Below, in pieces: positions 36,345 through 44,608 of a stretch of 50,115 nt of DNA (position 1 is its first letter; the number at the start of each line of letters is the position of its first letter). The stretch is taken from positions 1-50,115 of IMG/VR virus record IMGVR_UViG_3300037704_000074, one strand, 5' to 3'. Both the position numbers and the translations under genes were made by a program. Under the pieces are notes generated by a model. The model did not search any database. It was not told the DNA's origin and was given only the letters and a program-made list of their open reading frames with translations. This DNA is from a virus. Its lineage: Duplodnaviria; Caudoviricetes.

Positions 36345-38116
36345 TCCTTCAAGTCGATAGCCATAGGGACGTTGAACATCTGTTCCCCGAGTTGTTCACC
36401 CAGCCGCTGCACGGCCTGCACTTTAGCCTTAGAGCTGGTCTCCAGCACGAGCGAGTCGTGGATCGTAAGCACGGCGATCCCGGGGTAGCGTCGCTCGGTC
36501 TGCACCAGCCACTCGCGCATCAGCTCGGCGAGCGATCCCTGGACATATTGGTTGAACGCTTTGTGCTGCTCCTCCCACGTGCCGAAGTGCCGCACCCGTC
36601 CGTTGACAAGCCGGATGTAGCGCCAGTGATTCGCCGCCTCCATGTACCGCCGATTGGCCCGGCCGTACTCGGGGTACAGTCGGCGCCAGTCGCCCACGAT
36701 CCGGTGGCACTCGCGCAGCTCCAACCAGATGCCTGAATAGTTGGCCAGGTCGACCTGGAAGGTATCGGCCCCAATCCCAAAGATGAAACTGAAGTCGGCG
36801 CGCTTCCCAATCGACCGGTTCCGATCCCAGGTCGGCGACCCGGGCTTGTCCCCGAATAGCTGCTCCGCGACTTGGCCGTGGATGTCCACGCCGGCACGGA
36901 TCATCTCTAACATCGGGGTGCAGTCGGCCTCAACAGCCGCCACCCGCAACTCGGCCTGAGACAGGTCCAGCTCCCACAGCTTAGAGGCGCGCTTGGGCAC
37001 AAACAGGTCGCGCGGTGCCGGGAATCCGGCGTCGGTCAGCATCTCAAGCTGATATTCGTGCGGGATCGCCTGCAGATTTACTCGCGTCGACGACAGCCGA
37101 CCGCTGACCACCTTGGCTTGAGAAAAGTCCGTCCGCAGCCGGCCGTCCCACCCGCACATCTGGGCGTACGATTCGAACCACTTGGACCGCGCCGTCTCCA
37201 TCTTGCGAAGTAGTTGATAATCGGCTGCGTGTGGAACGCCTTTGGCCGCCAGGCGACCCACTTCCCGATCGTCCAGCTTGGGATTGCCGGTGGCGGTGGT
37301 GCCGGCCGGCTCCTCCCGCCCGGAAGCGAAGAACCAGTTTTTAGCCCCCGGCAGCGTGGCCCGGAACGGCAGGGAGACTCGGATATGCGACTCGGCCACC
37401 TTCAGATCCTGCGCCACCCGCATCGACCGCGCATAGTCGTACCCGATGCCGCGGCTCTCCAACCGGCCGAGCACCTTGGCGTATTCGATCTCGGCGTCCA
37501 ATGCCGCCCGATCGCCCTCCCCCTCGGCATATCGAGCCATTTGCCACTCCCACGCCGCATACGTGACCTCGGCGTCGGTTCGCGCGTACTCGGCGGCCTG
37601 CTCCCAGCTCATGTGGTTTAGATTCTTCACTTGCCGCTTTTGTTCGTGCCAGGCCGCTCGCCTGTCGCGGTCCAAGTACCCCGCGCGCAGCTCTACCTGC
37701 TCCAGTTCCGCCGACTGGTGCGGGTCCAGATCCCGGCTAGCAAGCATCGTGTCCCACCCGACCGCGTCCGTCAGATCGGCGCCCTCGAATTCGTCGGTGC
37801 CGGCCGCCATGACGCGCAGGTCGAACTTGATACCGTGCATGATCAGCCGGTGGGCCCGAAGCCACGCCACCAACCCCTCCCAGTCCTGCTGCCCCAGGTT
37901 GACCTGCCCGTCTAGCGCAAGTGACGCCTGCGCCCCCCGGCCCGGTCCGAACGAGAACGGATAGGCCGCCGACAGGATTCGAGACGGCGCCCCGTCGTCG
38001 CGCCACGCGATCGACACGACGGCCACCCGGGCGCACTCGGGCGGGTCGGGATGGGTCCCTCCCGTAGTTTCGGTGTCGACGGCGACGAACCGCCCGATGA
38101 TATCTGGCCACTCCAA
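36332..38116 (-). CDS. polA: DNA polymerase family A with 3'-5' exonuclease (candidate DpoZ)
   Basis: ExoI 'VDTETTG', ExoII 'KFDL', ExoIII 'YA..D'; 'SGRLSS...NLQAIP', 'DLSQAELR', 'R..GK.ADF..IFG', 'VQGS.A', 'TIHDSL'. Confidence 0.93.
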   Translation of the reverse strand: MEWPDIIGRFVAVDTETTGGTHPDPPECARVAVVSIAWRDDGAPSRILSAAYPFSFGPGRGAQASLALDGQVNLGQQDWEGLVAWLRAHRLIMHGIKFDLRVMAAGTDEFEGADLTDAVGWDTMLASRDLDPHQSAELEQVELRAGYLDRDRRAAWHEQKRQVKNLNHMSWEQAAEYARTDAEVTYAAWEWQMARYAEGEGDRAALDAEIEYAKVLGRLESRGIGYDYARSMRVAQDLKVAESHIRVSLPFRATLPGAKNWFFASGREEPAGTTATGNPKLDDREVGRLAAKGVPHAADYQLLRKMETARSKWFESYAQMCGWDGRLRTDFSQAKVVSGRLSSTRVNLQAIPHEYQLEMLTDAGFPAPRDLFVPKRASKLWELDLSQAELRVAAVEADCTPMLEMIRAGVDIHGQVAEQLFGDKPGSPTWDRNRSIGKRADFSFIFGIGADTFQVDLANYSGIWLELRECHRIVGDWRRLYPEYGRANRRYMEAANHWRYIRLVNGRVRHFGTWEEQHKAFNQYVQGSLAELMREWLVQTERRYPGIAVLTIHDSLVLETSSKAKVQAVQRLGEQLGEQMFNVPMAIDLKEWGK

Positions 38117-38238
38117 ACCTGTGCTACCTCCCTACCTGTGCTATCTGGGGGCTCGAAGGTGTGCGTGTGCCCCCTTCGGGGGCGGGCACACTAGCACACC
38201 CGCCCCCTGGGGTGCCCGAGGCGCACAATAGCACACCC
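38117..38238. repeat. Iteron-like TGTGCTA/TAGCACA cluster around a hairpin; candidate origin
   Basis: ACCTGTGCTA at 38117 and 38134; TAGCACACCC at 38192 and 38229; GTGTGCCC...GGGCACAC stem between them. Confidence 0.55.
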
Positions 38239-38255
38239 CCTAATAACACACGTTC

Positions 38256-40073
38256 TCATGTGACTAGCCGCCATGTCTTGGAGAGCCCCGGCTGGCTGTC
38301 GGAGCAGGTCACTTCGCCGTTATCGAGCATCGTTTGCAGAGCCTTCTGGATGCGGCTCCGATCGGGGGGATTGGTCATGTGCGCCGATATCTCCGCGATC
38401 GATTCGGGAATCAGCACGCCCGTCATCGCGGTGCGCACCCGCTCGACCAGCGGCGTGCTGCCTCCCGCGGCTTTGCGTCGGCGGTCCACGACCTCGCGCG
38501 TCTGATCCGCTGCCATAGGCGAGCCGGGCTTCAGTCGGATTTTGGCGCCCTCGGCCTGGACGATCACGTTCACCATCCAGGAGGTGTCGCGGCCGATGTA
38601 CCCCGGCTTGTCCTTGGTGCACACGACGTGCAGGCGTCCGCTACGTGACCTGTTGAACGGCTCCGGTGCCGCGATGTTATAGCCGACCTCAGCTTTGGCG
38701 AGCTTTGCACCCGAGGCGCGGGCGTAGCGGCTGTCCGGGTCTCCCTTAGTCTTGTGGTCGATTACAACGACGCAGCACCCATGCTCCTGTGCGAGCGGCT
38801 TGAGCACCCGGTTGATGAATTGCGTCACGTCCCGAGCCCGATCTTCGTCCTTGTTCGACGCCGCCAGATGGTCCGCTGCCGCGTCCAGGATCACCATCGT
38901 CGGCCGGTGCCCCACGATCAGGTCGGTCAATCGATCCCAGTCCTTGAACAGGTCGCGTCCGGTCGGTGGCAGATAAACCATGAAGGTCCGTAGCTGCTCC
39001 GGCGTCGCCCCCAGCGCCCCCAGCTTAGAGGCTGCGTCCCGCACGCCGGCATCCTCGTCCAGCAGCAACACGGCGTGCTCGTGCCCGATCTCCTGCACGG
39101 CCGCGGCGTAAGCCAGGATCGATTTGCCCGACTCCGGCTCCCCTGCGAGCCAATGAACCTCTCCTCGGTAGAGCATCTGCGCCGGCCCGAATCGCTCGGG
39201 CTCGGATGGCGGAGCCGCCACCAGCGCCCCAAGATCAAAAGGAGTCCAGGATCCAACAGTGGCGACCTTGGTCTGTTCCTTGGCCCAGATCGAGTCACGC
39301 AGCTTGTCGACCTCGGCCTGTCCCAATCCGGTCTGATCCAACAACGAGGATGCCATCTGCACGTGAAGATCGAACGCGTCCCGATGACTGAACGCCTTGG
39401 CGTAGTGACCGGCGACTTGGGCCAGCCAATTGTTGCGATCTCCCACCTGCGCGGGATTGGAAAGCAGCGTCGTCAGGTGGGACCGCGTGCTCGTGTCCTC
39501 GGCCTGGTCGGCCGGCAGGTCTGGCCATGGCACCCAGGCGTCCAGCCGCGGCATCGCGACCCAGACGTATCGCTGGCCTCGCACGTGCATCGACCCCGGA
39601 CACACGACGTAGCCGCCGGTCGCCTTGAGATCTATGCCGGGGCGAAGCTTGGCGTTAGAGACCGGATGCTCCGGGGGACGGAACCCGAGATGCCACCCGC
39701 CACCGCCGGTCGCCACGACGTAGTTGGTCTTGGGTACCCATGACGGCAGATCGGCCAGGGCGCCTCCGTTCTTGGGGTCGATGTCCACCGTGATCAAATC
39801 ATCGCCCAGGGCCCCGAAGTTGCAGCCGCCGTACAGCTTGGCCCAATGCGCGATCCGGTTCTCGTTTAGAGTTGCCAGCCGCTGCCAGCCCGACTCGATC
39901 GGGTGCTTACCCGGAGAGGTGCACCCCGCCCGCATGGGGCACGCGCACACCAGCCGGCCTGATTCTCCATCCTCCAGCCGCACGCCCCACACAGGCACCA
40001 CGCGAATGCCAAGTTTAGTTACCGCGACCGCGCCGGCTATGGCCTCATCGATCGCAGGCGCTGCTTGATCCAA
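38256..40073 (-). CDS. Bifunctional primase-polymerase (Prim-Pol) fused to an AAA/RecA-type helicase (start approximate)
   Basis: 'CACP....C.SPGKHP...GW...AT', 'DIDPKNGG', 'TGGGGWH', 'GIDLK..GGYVV.P.S.H'; Walker A 'GEPESGKS', 'VVIDH..K'. Confidence 0.9.
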   Translation of the reverse strand: MDQAAPAIDEAIAGAVAVTKLGIRVVPVWGVRLEDGESGRLVCACPMRAGCTSPGKHPIESGWQRLATLNENRIAHWAKLYGGCNFGALGDDLITVDIDPKNGGALADLPSWVPKTNYVVATGGGGWHLGFRPPEHPVSNAKLRPGIDLKATGGYVVCPGSMHVRGQRYVWVAMPRLDAWVPWPDLPADQAEDTSTRSHLTTLLSNPAQVGDRNNWLAQVAGHYAKAFSHRDAFDLHVQMASSLLDQTGLGQAEVDKLRDSIWAKEQTKVATVGSWTPFDLGALVAAPPSEPERFGPAQMLYRGEVHWLAGEPESGKSILAYAAAVQEIGHEHAVLLLDEDAGVRDAASKLGALGATPEQLRTFMVYLPPTGRDLFKDWDRLTDLIVGHRPTMVILDAAADHLAASNKDEDRARDVTQFINRVLKPLAQEHGCCVVVIDHKTKGDPDSRYARASGAKLAKAEVGYNIAAPEPFNRSRSGRLHVVCTKDKPGYIGRDTSWMVNVIVQAEGAKIRLKPGSPMAADQTREVVDRRRKAAGGSTPLVERVRTAMTGVLIPESIAEISAHMTNPPDRSRIQKALQTMLDNGEVTCSDSQPGLSKTWRLVT

Positions 40074-40149
40074 TATGGTCCCCGCCTTCCCCACGCAGGA
40101 GAGGCGCCCCATGCCGGCGACGCCCCTCCCGATGGGCTATGTCGTCGGT

Positions 40150-40557
40150 TTAGTTGTCAGAGGCGCCGAGCGGCAGGCAGGCGTCGACGTTGTTGCCGAT
40201 CTGCCCCATGCGGGCTCCGCGCTCGATCTCGCGCTGCGAGACGACGAGCTGGATCTGCTGCCCGACCAACTCGTCGGTGTCCGCGTCGGAACTGACCTCG
40301 AACGCGTCGAAGACCTCCTTCATCTTCCACTGCGCCTCGGCCGACAGCGACGTGTTGACCCATAGCGATCCCGGGGCCTTCTCGTCCGTGTCGGCATTGA
40401 CCAGGTCGCTGAACTTCCACGACCAGTACGGGCCCTTGTTCCCCTGCGCCACGGTAACCTCGGCCAGGGTGCCCAAGTAGATACCGGCGTCCAGAGGCCC
40501 GAATGCGGACTCGGCCTCGTCGGTCTGCTTTGCCTGCTCCTTGTTCAACTTCGGCAT
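40150..40557 (-). CDS. DUF669-like putative ssDNA-binding protein
   Basis: 'FGPL.AG.Y...L.EV......GPYW.WKF...SLS..A.WK.KEVFDAF....DTDELVG'; next to the AAA ATPase. Confidence 0.7.
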   Translation of the reverse strand: MPKLNKEQAKQTDEAESAFGPLDAGIYLGTLAEVTVAQGNKGPYWSWKFSDLVNADTDEKAPGSLWVNTSLSAEAQWKMKEVFDAFEVSSDADTDELVGQQIQLVVSQREIERGARMGQIGNNVDACLPLGASDN

Positions 40558-40572
40558 GTCTGTCTCCTTCTC

Positions 40573-41475
40573 CTATTTGCCGCCGGATCGTGCTCCGGCT
40601 CGCTTAGCCCTTGCCTGTTCTAGAGCGGACCCCTCGCTCTTGGGCTTGCCCTCCTCTCCGTCGATTACTTCCAGCGCCGCCATGCGCGGATCGCTGTCAG
40701 CCGTGATCTCGCCCTCTACGTAGCCCACAAGGCGATCAAACGTGGGATCGACCATGCGCCGTGGCAAGACCCCGTAACGATCCTTGCCCTGGCGCACCCC
40801 CTCCGGCTTGAAGGTGCCGATGTAGACGTCGGCGTACTGGTTGTATGTGCAGCGCCCCACGATGTCGTGCCACCCGACGACGTCCGACTGCAGACCCGGC
40901 GTGACGGACGGCCCGACGCGCACTGTGCCATCGGACGAGTCTACATCGCGCCGCTCCAGGAACGCCATCCCGAAGTGGCACGGGAGATCCCGGAACCGGC
41001 GGATCAGGAATCGCACCTGCTCGGACATGACTCCGTAGTCGTCTCTGTCGATGAAGAACCGGTCGGCCATCACATCGGCGACGGTCTTGCCGCCGGCCCG
41101 CAGGCGCTCGGCCTTGTCCACCCGCCGCAGCACCAGCGACTCCAGCAGCGCGTGATAGACCTCGGTGCCCGAGTCCATGAGCACGCCGGCCCAGGCCTCG
41201 GCGTCATCGTCCAGATCCCTCTTGAGCGACCAGAACACATCCTCCAGCGCCTTGAACGTGAGTCCTTCGTCGAAGTCTAGTCGCTCGATGTTGTCGACCT
41301 CCACGCCCAGCTCTTGGAGCGGCTTGCGTTTTAGGCCGGCCTCCGCATCGATGTACAGCACCCGTCCCAGATTGGCTAGGTGCGCCAGAGCGGTCGTCTT
41401 GCCCGTCCCGCCATCGCCGTAGAATAGCGCGTTGACGTATTCCCGTGTATCCGACAGCTTGGTGCTCTTGACCAT
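40573..41475 (-). CDS. AAA_24/Sak4-like P-loop ATPase (recombination)
   Basis: 'LFYGDGGTGKTT', 'LYIDAEAG', 'DSGTE', 'KDRYG.LP...DPTF'; SD AGGAGGAGG. Confidence 0.85.
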   Translation of the reverse strand: MVKSTKLSDTREYVNALFYGDGGTGKTTALAHLANLGRVLYIDAEAGLKRKPLQELGVEVDNIERLDFDEGLTFKALEDVFWSLKRDLDDDAEAWAGVLMDSGTEVYHALLESLVLRRVDKAERLRAGGKTVADVMADRFFIDRDDYGVMSEQVRFLIRRFRDLPCHFGMAFLERRDVDSSDGTVRVGPSVTPGLQSDVVGWHDIVGRCTYNQYADVYIGTFKPEGVRQGKDRYGVLPRRMVDPTFDRLVGYVEGEITADSDPRMAALEVIDGEEGKPKSEGSALEQARAKRAGARSGGK

Positions 41476-41581
41476 CCCTGTCTCCTCCTCCTGCGCGCGC
41501 GGCGCGCCCCGATTGCGCCACAGGCGGCCCGGGATCTCCGTTCCCCAATAGCCGGGCCCAGACCGCCCGCAGCGGACAGCC

Positions 41582-41610
41582 ACGGTAGCACAGGATTTGC
41601 GTCCTGTCAA
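41582..41610 (-). promoter_or_regulatory. Leftward early promoter
   Basis: TTGACA-N17-TACCGT with TG extension. Confidence 0.8.
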
Positions 41611-41625
41611 GAACCGGGCCCCCCA

Positions 41626-41654
41626 TTGACAGCCCGCCACCAATCTGCTATGCT
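41626..41654 (+). promoter_or_regulatory. Rightward early promoter
   Basis: TTGACA-N17-TATGCT with TG extension. Confidence 0.85.
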
Positions 41655-41686
41655 GTCGCCCGATACCCAGACCGGGAGGAGGCCCC

Positions 41687-42157
41687 GTGTTCACACGCAA
41701 GGACAAGGACGAGCTGGTCGAGGAGATCGCCAAGCTGCGTGGCGAGATCAAGGCGTTGCGCGAGGAGAAGCGCGCGGTCGGCCGGTCGGCCGATCTGCAG
41801 ACCGAGATCAACGACCTCACCAAGCGCCTCACCGATCTGCAGATCACCGAGGACCGGGTCTCCGAGGAGCGCGACCGGGAGCGGCGCGAGGTCGAGCACA
41901 TGGTTGGGCTGGAGCGGCGCCGACAGGAGTTCGAGGTCGAGCAGGCCAAGCGGGAGACCCAAGTCGAGTTGCGCGAGGCGGCGCTGACCGAGCAGCGCAA
42001 GCGGTTCGAGGAGCAGATGAAGTTCATCGAGAACCGGCTGGCCGACGAGGTGAAGTACCTCAAGGACGACATCATCAAGGCGCTGCTGAAGGCCATGCCG
42101 ACGTTCCGGGTCGATCGACGCGAGTCGGTCGGCGCCACCAACGGCCAGGAGGACTGA
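41687..42157 (+). CDS. Coiled-coil hypothetical protein
   Basis: SD GGAGG; charged heptads. Confidence 0.8.
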   Translation: MFTRKDKDELVEEIAKLRGEIKALREEKRAVGRSADLQTEINDLTKRLTDLQITEDRVSEERDRERREVEHMVGLERRRQEFEVEQAKRETQVELREAALTEQRKRFEEQMKFIENRLADEVKYLKDDIIKALLKAMPTFRVDRRESVGATNGQED

Positions 42158-42160
42158 CGG

Positions 42161-42406
42161 GTGAACCTCGAAGACCTGACCACCGAACAGTTCGATCGGG
42201 CGATCCAGCTCGACATCCGCCGTCTCGATCTGCAGGAGCGGGAGTTTGAGGCGCGCCAGGTCGAGTGGAAAGCAATCGATCTCCGCGAGCGAGAGAAGCA
42301 GGTGGCTTGGGAGGAGCACGCGGCCAAGATCGAAGAGCATTCCAGGATCACCCACGAGATGCTCGCCCGCATCGCTGCCGCGCTCGAAGCCCAGGTGGGG
42401 GGCTGA
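42161..42406 (+). CDS. Hypothetical protein
   Basis: SD AGGAGG; operon-concordant. Confidence 0.7.
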   Translation: MNLEDLTTEQFDRAIQLDIRRLDLQEREFEARQVEWKAIDLREREKQVAWEEHAAKIEEHSRITHEMLARIAAALEAQVGG

Positions 42407-42408
42407 GG

Positions 42409-42654
42409 ATGGGAAACTACTCCAACACGGTCTTGATAAATACAGTGGGTTCGTCCTCATCCACGACCGGGGAGTTCGTTTCGGCGGGCACGACGTGGGA
42501 CGCGGCCTGGGGAGTGCGCCCGATCGAGTACAACGGGGACGTGATCCGTATGGGCGCTCCGGTTGTCGTGTCGACGCCGCCGACTCAGGACGAGGGCCCG
42601 CTGGAATGGCTGCGGCGCCGCGTCGACGAAGTCCGGGTGGATCTGGCCGCATAA
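42409..42654 (+). CDS. Hypothetical protein
   Basis: MGNYSNT...LEWLRRRVDEV. Confidence 0.6.
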   Translation: MGNYSNTVLINTVGSSSSTTGEFVSAGTTWDAAWGVRPIEYNGDVIRMGAPVVVSTPPTQDEGPLEWLRRRVDEVRVDLAA

Positions 42655-42663
42655 GGAGGAGAC

Positions 42664-42924
42664 ATCACAAACCACGAATTCGCAAGGGCGATCGGCTGCC
42701 ACTTTACCACGGCCAGCCGCTACCGCAACGGGCATCGGCTTCCCCAGGTGCAGCTATACGAACGGATGCGTCAGGTACTTGGCGTCCCGCATGACGAGTT
42801 CTACGCCGTCTGGACCAAGGGCCGGCGATACAAGGAACTGCACGGCACGGACGCCCCCGAGCGGAATCCATTCGGGATCTATCTGCGCAAGCACGTGTTC
42901 GACAACAAAGCCAAAGCGGCCTGA
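42664..42924 (+). CDS. XRE/Cro-like HTH protein with apparent ATC start
   Basis: Not in ORF track; AAGGAGG then ATC; (M)TNHEFARAIGCHFTTASRYRNGHRLPQVQLYERMRQVLGV. Confidence 0.8.
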   Translation: MTNHEFARAIGCHFTTASRYRNGHRLPQVQLYERMRQVLGVPHDEFYAVWTKGRRYKELHGTDAPERNPFGIYLRKHVFDNKAKAA

Positions 42925-42945
42925 GGATCAAGAAAGGCGGGAGCG

Positions 42946-43107
42946 ATGATCACCGATCGTGATCGAGCTTGGGGATGGGTGTCCCTGTCGTGCACCGAGC
43001 AGGAGCATCACCGCTGCCGGCGCGCATACCCGGAAGGTGAACACCGGGATCCCGGCCCGGCTCCATTCTGCTCCTGCCCCTGCCACGAGGACAAGCCGGC
43101 TCCATGA
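42946..43107 (+). CDS. Small Cys/His protein
   Basis: Not in ORF track; 'C....H.RC...CSCPCH'; ATGA overlap with the next gene. Confidence 0.55.
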   Translation: MITDRDRAWGWVSLSCTEQEHHRCRRAYPEGEHRDPGPAPFCSCPCHEDKPAP

Positions 43108-44156
43108 ACGACTCCGAGAGGATGACCGCCGACGAGATGGATATGCAGCAGACGGGTCCAACCTACCGAGAGCTGCGGGAGGCCAATGCAGCATTGCTCA
43201 AGGCAAACGAAGACTTCACCAACATCAACCTTGGCTTGAGCGATGAGATCGAGCGGCTGCGGACTGAGGTGGAGTACATCACCAACGCTGCAGCGAGACG
43301 AGAGATAGAAGCCCGAGAGGAGAACGAGCGGCTGCGGGATCGCAAGACTTGGCTGGAAACCAACTTCGACCGCCTGCGAGCAGGCTACGACGAGAGGGTG
43401 GCCGAGATCGAGGGGCTACGGCATGAGAACGAGGTTCTGACCAACGCCGATACGGCTTTGAGAATCGACCGGGACGCAATCATCCGCAGCTTCGATGAAT
43501 ACCGCAAGGACAACATTACCGTGGTCGAACAGCTAGAGGATGAGGTCGAGCGGCTGCGGGACTATCAGACCGAGAAGTACGACGAACTTGCCGACGAGCT
43601 TACGGAGGCGAGAGCCGAGGTCGAGAGGCTGCGGACGGAGAACGGCCGCATCATGAACGCGTTCCAGAAATCTCAAGCGGAGAATCGTGGAGAGGTCGAG
43701 AGGCTGCGAATAGAGGCGAAGACTGCCGACAAGGACGCACGCGATGAATACAACCGAGCAAACGATAACTATGAGGGGATGATTGAGGCACGACGAGAAG
43801 TAGGGAGGTGGCAAGCTAAATGTGTCGTGGCTGAGAAGGAAATACGCACGACACAAATTGAGGTTGAGGCTTGGCGTCAAATGGCAGGTAATGCACAAGG
43901 CGAGGTCGAGCGGCTGCGGGCGGAACGGGAAGAAGGCTTCATTCCCATCCCGTTCAAGCAGGTTGTCATGGAGTGGAAACAGCTCAAGGCCGAGGTCGAG
44001 CGGCTGCAAGAGCGGTTCGACGCGCTGATGAAGTCACACTTCGCGCAGACGGAGGCAAGGGTTACGGCGGACAACGAGGTCGAGCGGTTGCAGACCTGGG
44101 CCGCCGCCGTCCTCGCCAGAGAGAAAGGGGAGAATCATGCAGGCACAGTTGGGTAG
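43104..44156 (+). CDS. Coiled-coil protein with EVERLR repeats
   Basis: About 11 copies of E(V/I/N)ERL(R/Q) or degenerate variants. Confidence 0.8.
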   Translation: MNDSERMTADEMDMQQTGPTYRELREANAALLKANEDFTNINLGLSDEIERLRTEVEYITNAAARREIEAREENERLRDRKTWLETNFDRLRAGYDERVAEIEGLRHENEVLTNADTALRIDRDAIIRSFDEYRKDNITVVEQLEDEVERLRDYQTEKYDELADELTEARAEVERLRTENGRIMNAFQKSQAENRGEVERLRIEAKTADKDARDEYNRANDNYEGMIEARREVGRWQAKCVVAEKEIRTTQIEVEAWRQMAGNAQGEVERLRAEREEGFIPIPFKQVVMEWKQLKAEVERLQERFDALMKSHFAQTEARVTADNEVERLQTWAAAVLAREKGENHAGTVG

Positions 44157-44421
44157 ACGGTATCGCGACAAGGTCACGGGGTTCGAAGGCGTCGCTGTCT
44201 CGTTCCACGACTATCTGCAGGGCTGCCGGCGAGTGTCGCTGGAGCGCCTCGATACAGGCGGCGACAAGCTGGTCACGCTGACGTTCGACGAGCCGAATCT
44301 GGAGTTCGTCGACGACGGGATCTACATGACTGAGGCCGAGGCCGAGGCGGCGTTCAAGGTCACAATCCCGGTCCGCACCGGCGGCCCTCACGACCACGGT
44401 TCGCCCGTCGACACGCACTAA
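44137..44421 (+). CDS. Phage hypothetical protein
   Basis: 'LG...RDKVTGFEGV....YL.GC.RV.LE...FDE..L'. Confidence 0.75.
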   Translation: MQAQLGRRYRDKVTGFEGVAVSFHDYLQGCRRVSLERLDTGGDKLVTLTFDEPNLEFVDDGIYMTEAEAEAAFKVTIPVRTGGPHDHGSPVDTH

Positions 44422-44422
44422 G

Positions 44423-44608
44423 ATGAAGACGCTGACCTGCGATTTTTGTGGCGTGACTGCCCCCGGACTCGACTGGTTCACGTTGGAACGATTCGACGAC
44501 TGGGGGCCCTCGATGCTGTCGCATGGCGATGCTACCGGCCCGTGGCACTTCGACACGTTTGCCTGTCTGGCGTCCTGGGCTCAGGCGGCGAACTCTCGGG
44601 AACACTGA
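44423..44608 (+). CDS. Small Zn-binding-like protein
   Basis: 'CDFCG...HF....CL..W'. Confidence 0.6.
   Translation: MKTLTCDFCGVTAPGLDWFTLERFDDWGPSMLSHGDATGPWHFDTFACLASWAQAANSREH

Noticed and set aside
41476-42372. N-terminal extension of the 599-aa ORF 40573-42372
   Set aside because: Antisense shadow of plus-strand genes crossing both promoters; the ATPase starts at 41475.
43245-44093. CRISPR array interpretation of the EVERLR repeats
   Set aside because: Repeats are short, non-palindromic and in-frame, spacing varies from 42 to 138 nt, and there is no cas operon; the Cas4-like gene fits a phage exonuclease.
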